From an uncultured Clostridia bacterium (GTDB lineage: Bacteria > Bacillota > Clostridia > Oscillospirales > Acutalibacteraceae): DNA of 41,281 bases. Below the pieces are notes generated by a model that was not told where the DNA came from, did no database searches, and worked only from the letters and a program-made list of their open reading frames with translations. Each line of letters starts with the position of its first letter. The first letter of the stretch is position 1. Shown here piece by piece: positions 34,039 through 41,281 of this stretch. The position numbers were made by a program, and so were the translations under genes. The DNA lies in contig CALDHV010000045.1 in NCBI GenBank assembly GCA_937902305.1, positions 1 through 41,281 on the forward strand, read 5' to 3'.

Positions 34039-35058
34039 ATGAAAAATTATAAAATCATTTTTACCGCACCCAAAATCGCCGAGGTGTTGCAGGACGATGC
34101 TCCGACGCCGAACAGCGATCAGGTTCTTGTAAAGACGATGTGTTCGACCGTCAGCGGCGGTACGGAGAGGGCAAATCTTATCGGGGATGAGAACTTGAGC
34201 TGGCACGATAAGCCGCGGGAGGCGACCTATCCCCGAAACACCGGGTACAGCTCCTCCGGCATTATCGAAGCGGTAGGAAGCAATGTTAAAGACTATACCG
34301 TCGGCGACAGAGTGGCTTTATCCTGGTGTCCGCACAGCCGTTACTGCGTAGCCGATGCCTCTAAAATACACAAGATCGAAGATCCCTCCATCACATTTTC
34401 GGAGGCGGCATTGTGCCATATCGGCACCTTCCCGTTGGGCGCGATCAGAAAGTGTCATCTTGAGATCGGCGAATCGGCGATCGTCATGGGTCTCGGCATA
34501 CTCGGGATATTGGGCGTTTTGCAACTGAAAGCGGCAGGCGCCGCGCCCATCATCGCCGTTGATCCCGTCAAGGAAAAGCGTGAGCTGGCATTAAAGCTCG
34601 GAGCGGATCACGCCTTTGACCCGTTCGATAAAGACTTTTCCGATAGGGTCAAAAGCGTCACGAACGGCGGCGTAAAGGTCGCTCTTGAGGTGACGGGAAA
34701 CGGGACGGCATTGGACCAGGTGCTTGACTGTATGGCTCGCTTCGGCAGGGTCGCCCTGCTCGGCTGTACGCGGGACAGCAATTTCCAAATCGATTATTAC
34801 CGCAAGGTCCACGGGCCGGGGATCGTGCTTTACGGAGCGCATACGATGGCAAGACCGGATCATGAATCGTCAAGCGGCTTATGGACAACGCACGATGACG
34901 TTATGGCGCAGTTAAAGCTGTTGTCCCTGGGGAGACTAAACTATCGGCAGATCATTGACGAAACACATTCTCCGATGGATGCCCCGACAGTATATACCCG
35001 ACTGGCAAACGAAAACAGCTTTCCGGTAACACAATTCGATTGGAGTGCTGTAGAATGA
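34039..35058 (+). CDS. MDR-superfamily (zinc-type alcohol dehydrogenase-like) oxidoreductase
   Basis: Start moved to the ATG at 34039. The GroES-like N-domain has an SGGTE-type motif (CSTVSGGTERA). Rossmann motif VMGLGILGILG. Confidence 0.75.
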   Translation: MKNYKIIFTAPKIAEVLQDDAPTPNSDQVLVKTMCSTVSGGTERANLIGDENLSWHDKPREATYPRNTGYSSSGIIEAVGSNVKDYTVGDRVALSWCPHSRYCVADASKIHKIEDPSITFSEAALCHIGTFPLGAIRKCHLEIGESAIVMGLGILGILGVLQLKAAGAAPIIAVDPVKEKRELALKLGADHAFDPFDKDFSDRVKSVTNGGVKVALEVTGNGTALDQVLDCMARFGRVALLGCTRDSNFQIDYYRKVHGPGIVLYGAHTMARPDHESSSGLWTTHDDVMAQLKLLSLGRLNYRQIIDETHSPMDAPTVYTRLANENSFPVTQFDWSAVE

Positions 35059-36053
35059 AAAAAGTTCGTGTCGCACAGATCGGCACCAGCCAATACAGCC
35101 ACGGCAACGACATCTGGAAAAGCATGGCGGCGCAGAGCGGGCTTTACGAGCTTGTCGGCTATGCCATGCCGGAAAACGAAAGAGAAAAGTACCCCGACCG
35201 CCTCAAGGCTTTTGAGGGATACCGGGAAATGACGGTGGAGGAGATCCTCCTTGACCCGACGATAGATGCCGTCGCTGTTGAAACGGAAGAAAAATATCTG
35301 ACGAAATACGCTTTGCGGGTCGCAAAGGCCAAAAAGCATATCCACATGGAAAAGCCGGGCGGATGTGAGCCTGCCGAGTTTGAAGAGCTTATCAAAACCG
35401 TCAAGGAAAACGGTTTGGTTTTCCACGTCGGATATATGTACCGCTACAACCCGTTCATCCGGGAGGTGGTGCAAAAGGCAAAGGACGGCGCGCTCGGCGA
35501 GATCATCAGCGTCGAGGCGCAGATGAGCTGTATCGAGCCGCCCGCGTTGCGCCGACAGCTCGGCGATTACCCCGGCGGGATGATGTTCTTCCTCGGCTGT
35601 CATCTGGTCGATCTGGTATTGCAGATACAGGGCAGGCCGCAACGCATCCTCCCGCTGAGCGGCAGTACCCATCGGGAGGACATCCATACGACGGATTACG
35701 GGATGGCGGTTTTCGAATACCCGAACGGCGTTTCCTTTGTCAAGACCAACGGCTATGAGATCGGCGGCTTTGAGCGGCGACAGCTCGTCGTGACCGGCTC
35801 CGAGGGGACGGTGGAGCTCAAGCCGCTGGAGTGGTATGAGGACGGACTGCCGACGACCGTCAAAGCCGAGCGGTTTGACCCGTCCTGGCATCGGCATACG
35901 CCGACCGTCCGGAGCGAACGCTTCGACCGCTATGACGCGATGATGGCGGCGTTCGCGTCCTATGTGCGCGGGGAAAAGGATGATCCCTACACCCCCGACT
36001 ATGAGCTGGAGCTGTATAAAACACTTACGGAATGTTGCGGAGGGATACGATGA
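35055..36053 (+). CDS. Gfo/Idh/MocA-family NAD(P)-dependent oxidoreductase
   Basis: Start at the ATG at 35055 (ATGA overlap with the upstream stop). N-terminal Rossmann motif MKKVRVAQIGTSQYSHG and the conserved EKP motif (HIHMEKPGG). Confidence 0.8.
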   Translation: MKKVRVAQIGTSQYSHGNDIWKSMAAQSGLYELVGYAMPENEREKYPDRLKAFEGYREMTVEEILLDPTIDAVAVETEEKYLTKYALRVAKAKKHIHMEKPGGCEPAEFEELIKTVKENGLVFHVGYMYRYNPFIREVVQKAKDGALGEIISVEAQMSCIEPPALRRQLGDYPGGMMFFLGCHLVDLVLQIQGRPQRILPLSGSTHREDIHTTDYGMAVFEYPNGVSFVKTNGYEIGGFERRQLVVTGSEGTVELKPLEWYEDGLPTTVKAERFDPSWHRHTPTVRSERFDRYDAMMAAFASYVRGEKDDPYTPDYELELYKTLTECCGGIR

Positions 36054-36832
36054 AAAAGGTAAAAGATGTTCTCAATGACAAACGGCCGCTTATCACCCCG
36101 TTGCTCGGCGCCGATACCGCCGACGGGCTGGTGCAGGAGATCCGCGACAGCCTTGAGCAGGGTGCGGACGCCATCGGACTGACGCTGGAGCATCTGCCGG
36201 CGGAGCTACGCACCGAGCCGATGTTGCGGCGCTATATCGCCGCGGCGGACGGCAAGCCGGTCTATGTGACCTGCTACCAACGCAGCGACTGCATCGAGGA
36301 GAGCGACGACGACCGCGCCGAAACGCTATTGCGCGCGCTGGACTGCGGCGCCGCCATCGTGGATCTGCGCGGGGATATGTTCTGCCCCTGCGACGGCGAA
36401 ATGACCGACGACCCCGTCGCGGTGCAAAAGCAGATCGCGCTCATCGACAGGATCCACGCGGCGGGCGGGCTGGCGCTGATGTCCACCCATCGCTTTTTTG
36501 AGGACGGAGTACATTTCCTGCCGCGCGACGAGGCGCTGAGGATCGCACTTGAGCAGGCGCGGCGCGGCGCGGATATTGCCAAGATCGTCACCGCCGCCAA
36601 CACCGAGGAGGAGCTGGCGGAATGCTTCGAGACGCTCCTTTTGCTCAATAAGGAGGTGCCGGTGCCGGTCGTGTTCCTGTGCAGCGGGAAGCTGGGACTG
36701 CGGCATCGCGTCGCCTGCGGTCTGATCGGCGAGGCGATGGTCTTTACGAAAGAAAAGCACCACGCGCAGGAGGGCGCGATGCAATTACCCATCGAAACGA
36801 TCGCCGGCGTTTTCCGCACGGCGGGAATGTGA
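36050..36832 (+). CDS. Type I 3-dehydroquinate dehydratase-like (AroD/DHquinase_I fold) protein
   Basis: Start at the ATG at 36050 (ATGA overlap). LMSTHRF resembles the SxHxF His motif. GADIAKIVTAANTEEEL resembles the Schiff-base Lys region (..D..KIA..a). Overall length of ~260 aa fits AroD. Confidence 0.6.
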   Translation: MKKVKDVLNDKRPLITPLLGADTADGLVQEIRDSLEQGADAIGLTLEHLPAELRTEPMLRRYIAAADGKPVYVTCYQRSDCIEESDDDRAETLLRALDCGAAIVDLRGDMFCPCDGEMTDDPVAVQKQIALIDRIHAAGGLALMSTHRFFEDGVHFLPRDEALRIALEQARRGADIAKIVTAANTEEELAECFETLLLLNKEVPVPVVFLCSGKLGLRHRVACGLIGEAMVFTKEKHHAQEGAMQLPIETIAGVFRTAGM

Positions 36833-36847
36833 AAGGAGAATGAAACG

Positions 36848-37825
36848 ATGAAGGCTATGCTGATCGGCGATGACCAATCGCTTCTTTGGACAGATGTCCC
36901 CGACCCCGTACCGCGGGAGGGGGAGGTATTGATCGAGGTCTGCGCCGCGGCGATCAACCGCGCCGACCTGTTACAGCGTGAGGGCAAGTATCCGCCGCCG
37001 CCCGGCTGTCCCGACTGGCCGGGACTGGAGGTCGCCGGCATCGTCCGACAGGTCGCGCCGGGGGTGACGGAGCCGGCGGTCGGCGACAAGGTGTGCGCCC
37101 TGCTCGGCGGCGGCGGTTACGCCGAATATGTCACCGTGCCCGCGACGATGGTGATGCCGATGCCGCGCGGTCTCTCCTTCTGCGAGGCGGCGGCGATCCC
37201 GGAGGTATACGCGACGGCGTATCTCAACCTCTTTTATGTCGGCGACGCCAAGCCGGGAGAGACCCTGCTGATGAATGCCGGGGCTTCGGGGCTGGCAAGC
37301 GCGGTCATCCCGATGGCAAAGACCGCCGGTCTGCGGGTCATCACCACGGTGCTGGGCGCGGAAATGGCGGAAAGGATCGCCTATCTGCACGCGGATCGCG
37401 TGGTGGATACCACGACGCAGGATATTGCCGCGGTGCTGGGCGAGGAGGAGCAGAACGGCACACCGGTCAATCTGGCGATCGACTGCCTCGGCGGAGAGGC
37501 GCTCGGCAGATGCCTGCCGTATGTCGCCCGCGGATGCCGCTGGATCCAGATCGCCACGCTGGCGGGGGATGTCAGCGCGGTCGATTTCAAAAATATCTAT
37601 GTCAAAAACATCCGCATCATCGGCAGTACCCTACGCAGTAAGACGCCGCAGGAAAAGGGCGCTCTGCTTCGCGCGCTGGTCGCGGACACCTGGGACAAGT
37701 TCGAAAACGGCACCCTCAAGCCGAGGATCCACCGTATCCTGCCCATCACCCGGGCGGACGAAGCCCAGCAGATCCTGTATCGCGGTGAAAATGTCGGCAA
37801 GGTCGTGCTGACAGTCAAGGAATAA
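36848..37825 (+). CDS. NAD(P)H:quinone oxidoreductase (zeta-crystallin / PIG3-like MDR)
   Basis: 325 aa. AAAINRADLLQREGKYPPPPG and the MNAGASGLASA nucleotide-binding motif. SD GGAG 9 nt upstream. Confidence 0.8.
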   Translation: MKAMLIGDDQSLLWTDVPDPVPREGEVLIEVCAAAINRADLLQREGKYPPPPGCPDWPGLEVAGIVRQVAPGVTEPAVGDKVCALLGGGGYAEYVTVPATMVMPMPRGLSFCEAAAIPEVYATAYLNLFYVGDAKPGETLLMNAGASGLASAVIPMAKTAGLRVITTVLGAEMAERIAYLHADRVVDTTTQDIAAVLGEEEQNGTPVNLAIDCLGGEALGRCLPYVARGCRWIQIATLAGDVSAVDFKNIYVKNIRIIGSTLRSKTPQEKGALLRALVADTWDKFENGTLKPRIHRILPITRADEAQQILYRGENVGKVVLTVKE

Positions 37826-37840
37826 TTCGGATATTAAAAA

Positions 37841-37874
37841 CGGGAGAGGTCGCCATAGTGCCCTCTCCCGTTTT
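37841..37874 (+). terminator. Rho-independent terminator of the oxidoreductase operon
   Basis: CGGGAGAGG-tcgccatagtg-CCCTCTCCCG followed by TTTTGTG. Confidence 0.75.
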
Positions 37875-37883
37875 GTGCTGTCC

Positions 37884-37956
37884 AAAAAACGTCAATCGTA
37901 TATACTGCCGCCGATAAACTCCCGCACCAGCGCATCGGCGGCGACCGGCGCGGGCG
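37884..37956 (-). repeat. 73-bp orphan copy of the 3' end of the uridine-kinase-like gene (direct repeat A)
   Basis: Identical to 39738-39810 except for one position (T at 37901 vs G at 39755, silent in the parental frame ...ALVREFIGGSIYD*). No intact ORF is attached. Confidence 0.85.
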
Positions 37957-38072
37957 TATGTCTGCGCAAGCTCCCGGCCGCTCACAAGCCGAACACCCTA
38001 TCACCTATTATCTGATTGTGCAAAAAATCCATATTTCGGTACCATTTTCCCATCCCATTTCCGACGGCGGTA

Positions 38073-38081
38073 TGGTACAAT
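38073..38081 (+). promoter_or_regulatory. Extended -10 promoter element upstream of the fucosidase gene
   Basis: TGgTACAAT at 38073-38081, about 25 nt upstream of the start. No clear -35. Confidence 0.4.
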
Positions 38082-38104
38082 GTTTCAAACCGATCAAGGA
38101 GTGA

Positions 38105-39673
38105 ATGATTTTGCCGCATCTGCCAACACCGAACCCGAAACAGCTCGAATGGTACCGGCGCGAAAAAGCCGCTTTTTTCCATTTTACGGTCAACACCTTC
38201 ACCGGACGGGAATGGGGCGACGGGAGCGAAGACCCCGCCATTTTCAACCCCGTTCACAACGACTGCCGGCAATGGATGAAGGCGATCAAGGACGCCGGCT
38301 TTACGGCGGCGATCCTGACCGCCAAGCACCACGACGGCTTCTGCCTGTGGCCGAGCAAATATACCGAGCACAGCATCAAAAACAGCCCCTACAAAAACGG
38401 CAAGGGCGATATTGTGCGGGAGTTTACCGATGCCTGCCGCGCATACGGTATCAAAGCCGGCATTTACCTGTCCCCCTGGGATCGCAACCATCCGCGCTGG
38501 GGCACCGAGGAGTATAACGATTACTATAACGACCAACTGACCGAATTGCTGACCGAATACGGCAAAATATGGGAGGTCTGGTGGGACGGCGCCGGCAGTA
38601 CCGAGGCGGTGTATGACTGGAAACGCTGGGCGACGACGGTCAAAACGCTTCAGCCCGATGCGGTCATATACGGCAGTCTGGGCGCGACACCCTATGTGGA
38701 TCTGCGCTGGGTCGGCAATGAGGGCGGACGAGCCGGACAGGATTGCTTTGCGACGATCACCTCCGAGGCGGTGGAAAAGGAAGACACCGCCGTCATGAAT
38801 ACCGGCGATGTCCGCGGCGACCGCTTTATTCCCGCGGAATGCGATATGTCCATCCGCCCGGGCTGGTTTTATCACGAAGACCAGAATGCGCAGGTAAAAA
38901 CCCCGAAACGGCTAATGGAATACTGGTTTGATTCCGTCGGCAAAAACTGCGGCATCCTGCTCAATATCCCGCCCAATCCCGACGGGCGACTGGACGACTG
39001 CGATATTCGCAGTTTGACCGGCTTTGCCGAGCGCCTCGAGCTGGCGTTCCGGCACGATCTCGCCGGGGATGCGGCGATCAGCCGTCAGTCGGATGTGTGG
39101 AGCGTCAGCTTCGACCTGCCGACCCGCGTCAACTGTTTCCGCCTGGCCGAGGATATTTCCTGCGGAGAACGGATACGCGGATTTGGTGTCGAGGGTTTCT
39201 GCAACGACGAGCGTGTATTTGCGTTTGACGGGAAATGCGTCGGCAACTGCCGATGCGAGCGGATACCGGAGGTGACGCTGACGCGGCTGACCGTCACCGT
39301 GACCGAAAGCGTCGGTGAGCCGCAGTTGAGCGGGTTGTCCGTATTCTATATCCCGGATGCCGTATTTGCCGAGGAGCCGTTGTCTGCAATCGAAAGCACG
39401 GTTGGCATCCACGACATCTCGGTGGAGGGCAACGCGACCGTCGTCAATTTCGGCGGCATCTATCCGTTTGACCGGGTGGAGTTTTCCGCACGCGGAAACG
39501 GCGCGTTTTCGCTCTATGCCTTTAACGGCGCGAGATACGAAAAGCTCTGCGACGGAGCTTTGACCGACGGGAAAGCCGATTGCGCGTTCGAAACGGTGAA
39601 CGGCTGTTATCAGATCAAGATCGTGCTTGAGGAAGCCGCGACCCCCGAAAACATCCGCGTCACGCGACAATAA
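38105..39673 (+). CDS. GH29 alpha-L-fucosidase with C-terminal beta-sandwich (F5/8 type C-like) domains; no signal peptide
   Basis: 522 aa. Contains ...LEWYRREKAAFFHFTVNTF..., TAKHHDGFCLWPS, YLSPWDRN and WEVWWDGAG. The start may instead be the TTG at 38111 (better SD spacing). Confidence 0.85.
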   Translation: MILPHLPTPNPKQLEWYRREKAAFFHFTVNTFTGREWGDGSEDPAIFNPVHNDCRQWMKAIKDAGFTAAILTAKHHDGFCLWPSKYTEHSIKNSPYKNGKGDIVREFTDACRAYGIKAGIYLSPWDRNHPRWGTEEYNDYYNDQLTELLTEYGKIWEVWWDGAGSTEAVYDWKRWATTVKTLQPDAVIYGSLGATPYVDLRWVGNEGGRAGQDCFATITSEAVEKEDTAVMNTGDVRGDRFIPAECDMSIRPGWFYHEDQNAQVKTPKRLMEYWFDSVGKNCGILLNIPPNPDGRLDDCDIRSLTGFAERLELAFRHDLAGDAAISRQSDVWSVSFDLPTRVNCFRLAEDISCGERIRGFGVEGFCNDERVFAFDGKCVGNCRCERIPEVTLTRLTVTVTESVGEPQLSGLSVFYIPDAVFAEEPLSAIESTVGIHDISVEGNATVVNFGGIYPFDRVEFSARGNGAFSLYAFNGARYEKLCDGALTDGKADCAFETVNGCYQIKIVLEEAATPENIRVTRQ

Positions 39674-39677
39674 AAAT

Positions 39678-39733
39678 GACCGCTTGGACGGCACGACCTA
39701 TGTGGAGTCGTATCGCGCAAGCGGTCTTATTTT
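39678..39733 (+). terminator. Terminator of the fucosidase gene
   Basis: GACCGCTTG (39678-86) pairs with CAAGCGGTC (39718-26) around an internal hairpin, followed by TTATTTTG. Confidence 0.6.
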
Positions 39734-39737
39734 GCTC

Positions 39738-39810
39738 AAAAAACGTCAATCGTAGATACTGCCGCCGATAAACTCCCGCACCAGCGCATCGGCGGCGACC
39801 GGCGCGGGCG
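39738..39810 (-). repeat. Direct repeat B (the native 3' end of the uridine-kinase-like gene)
   Basis: See 37884-37956. This copy is part of the intact ORF ending at 39746. Confidence 0.85.
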
Positions 39811-40666
39811 GGACGGTGATAAACTCCGCCAGCGCCCGACGAATCTCGGCGGTGACATGGTGCCCCTCGATACCGGCAAGCGCCGTCCCGAGCAGACCGG
39901 AATAGACACTGACCTCGTACGGGCAGAAGGTATCAATGGGAAAATCGGCGCGCTCCTTAAATGGCGTGATATACCGCTCCTCGCCGCGCTGGACACTGCG
40001 GAACATCCGCAACGTCTCCTCCGGCGACCGCTTGCGGGAGCGCTGGTCGCGGAGCATCCTGCGCATCAGCCGAATACGCTTCGGATGCAGGAGCGTGCCG
40101 TCCGCCAGCTCCAGCCGGGTGCGCACGCTGATATACAGCCGCTCGGTGCGGCTCTCCGGCAGGGTAATGACCGATGGATTGAGCGCGTGGATGCCCTCCA
40201 AGATCACCAGCTCTCCCGGCTTGCGCGCAAGGGTCTGCCCGTTGATGCGGGTGCTGTCCTCAAAGCGAAACCGCGGCAGAACGGTGGGCTTGCAGGCGAG
40301 AATGTCCTCCAGCTTTTCATTGAGCAGGGGAATATCCACCCGGTCGGGCGACTCAAAATCGAACTTTCCCTGCACGCCCAGCTCCATTTGCTCTGCGGTG
40401 AGCGGGCGGAAAAAGTCATCCATCGACAGCGTGTGCGTCTCAAACCCCCACGCGTCGAGCTTATGCTCGATCATTTTGGCGGTGGTGGTTTTGCCGGAGC
40501 CGGACGGCCCGGACAGCAGAATGATCGGGCGCTCCTCTCGGTTATCGCGGATGGCTTTGGCAATATTAGTCAGCCGCCGATCAAAGTCGGCATCGCACTT
40601 ACGCAGAAAAGCGGCAGTGTCGGTCTGCACCTGCTCGTTGATGGCGGCAATCGGCATAATGCTCAT
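39746..40666 (-). CDS. Uridine-kinase/nucleoside-kinase-family P-loop protein
   Basis: Walker A motif LLSGPSGSGKTTTAKMI, with PRK/Udk-like downstream blocks (DDFF, ILEGIHALN). Start moved to the ATG at 40666, after SD GGAGGA. Confidence 0.7.
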   Translation of the reverse strand: MSIMPIAAINEQVQTDTAAFLRKCDADFDRRLTNIAKAIRDNREERPIILLSGPSGSGKTTTAKMIEHKLDAWGFETHTLSMDDFFRPLTAEQMELGVQGKFDFESPDRVDIPLLNEKLEDILACKPTVLPRFRFEDSTRINGQTLARKPGELVILEGIHALNPSVITLPESRTERLYISVRTRLELADGTLLHPKRIRLMRRMLRDQRSRKRSPEETLRMFRSVQRGEERYITPFKERADFPIDTFCPYEVSVYSGLLGTALAGIEGHHVTAEIRRALAEFITVPPAPVAADALVREFIGGSIYD

Positions 40667-40683
40667 AGTGGCGTCCTCCGTTA

Positions 40684-41281
40684 TCATGTATCCCATTTAT
40701 CGCACAGCGCAGTGATCTGGTCGGCAAACCGCGCCGCATCCTTGTTGGCAAGACCGCGACTGCGCTCGATAATGGCGATCAGCCGTTTCCCCGCATCCTG
40801 CAAGCGCCGGAACGCGCCGGCGGCGCGGGAATCGGTACCTCTTGCCCGCCGCTCGCGGTTGCCCTCGTTAAGGCAGGCGCCGCTCGCCAGGTCGTAGACC
40901 GCGCCGGGGTAGGGCGCGATCGCGTCCACGCCGATTTGCTCCCGCACAGCGGCAGCAAAGGTGTCGGTCACGGCGTCGTTGCCGTGATTAACAAATACGC
41001 GGCACGGCTTTTGCGGCAGGCGGGACAGCCACCCGAGCAGCATATCTCGGTCGGCGTGTCCGCTGATGCCCTCCAGCGTTTCGACGGCGGCGCGTACCAC
41101 CACCGGCTCGCCAAACAGCTTGACCTCCTTGGCGCCGTCCACGATCTTGCCGGTGGAAGCAAGTATCTGCATTATGGAATAGGCGGTAACGCTCTTGCCG
41201 GAGCCGGATTCGCCCACGATGCCCAGCACCTCGCCGCGGTCAAGGTTGAACGTGATGCCGTTGACCGCCTGCACCTCGCCC
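40684..41281 (-). CDS. Apparent in-frame chimera: OppD/DppD-like ABC ATPase N-terminal fragment fused to the C-terminal domain of a beta-CASP MBL-fold hydrolase; 5' end off window
   Basis: The frame is open to the window edge: (G)EVQAVNGITFNLDRGEVLGIVGESGSGKSVTAYSIMQIL, which is oligopeptide-type ABC Walker A context. It continues ...KIVDGAKEVKLFGEPVVVRAAVETLEGISGHADRDMLLGWL...VFVNHGND..., which is beta-CASP motif C (HAD) context. The junction lies at about 41150-41170. Confidence 0.55.
   Translation of the reverse strand, partial: GEVQAVNGITFNLDRGEVLGIVGESGSGKSVTAYSIMQILASTGKIVDGAKEVKLFGEPVVVRAAVETLEGISGHADRDMLLGWLSRLPQKPCRVFVNHGNDAVTDTFAAAVREQIGVDAIAPYPGAVYDLASGACLNEGNRERRARGTDSRAAGAFRRLQDAGKRLIAIIERSRGLANKDAARFADQITALCDKWDT

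Noticed and set aside
1-41281. Prophage, IS element, integrase, toxin-antitoxin or known defence-system genes; tRNA or rRNA genes
   Set aside because: Every substantial ORF could be assigned to a housekeeping, metabolic or glycan-utilisation family. No recombinase, transposase, nuclease-helicase-methylase combination or tRNA-like cloverleaf sequence was recognised by eye. Absence cannot be proven without HMM and tRNAscan searches.

Overview
This is high-GC, Firmicutes-type chromosomal DNA, probably a sporulating Clostridia or Oscillospiraceae-like organism (a guess from gene content such as sigK, whiA, rnf and hprK; GC was not computed). The window is densely coding and mostly housekeeping.

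Gene order, left to right:
- A secreted SGNH hydrolase running off the left edge (missed by the ORF track), then putP.
- A + strand block: SGNH-Big_2-LamG-like protein, DUF1846/UPF0371 protein, small SGNH hydrolase.
- A long minus-strand run: GT2 glycosyltransferase, PHP phosphoesterase, MATE exporter, Gx-transporter/NusG_II/ApbE trio, rnfCDGEAB, lysC, hom, PBP1A.
- A + strand glycan block: small membrane protein, membrane-anchored LamG protein, two tandem GH16 paralogs.
- A minus-strand run: sigK, hprK, glucokinase, murB, rapZ, whiA.
- An AraC regulator divergent from a four-gene oxidoreductase/AroD-like operon.
- A single-gene GH29 fucosidase cassette, a uridine-kinase-like gene, and an apparently chimeric ORF at the right edge.

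I found no tRNA, rRNA, CRISPR array, transposase, integrase, phage gene or recognisable defence system. I cannot point to a clear novel multi-gene system. The items most worth a second look are:
1. A ~320-bp nested inverted-repeat element at 3667-3990.
2. GTAG-plus-hairpin REP/REPIN-like repeat clusters in two convergent intergenic regions.
3. The GH29 cassette bracketed by 73-bp direct repeats that duplicate the 3' end of the neighbouring gene.
4. The LamG gene with a tandem GH16 duplication whose unit includes the LamG 3' end.
5. The AraC-controlled oxidoreductase/AroD-like operon.
6. An in-frame ABC-ATPase::beta-CASP chimera at the window edge.

The supplied ORF track uses alternative start codons and longest-ORF starts. 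Several starts were re-placed using Shine-Dalgarno (SD) and promoter context. Many long Arg/His/Gly-rich ORFs are antisense shadows and were rejected.
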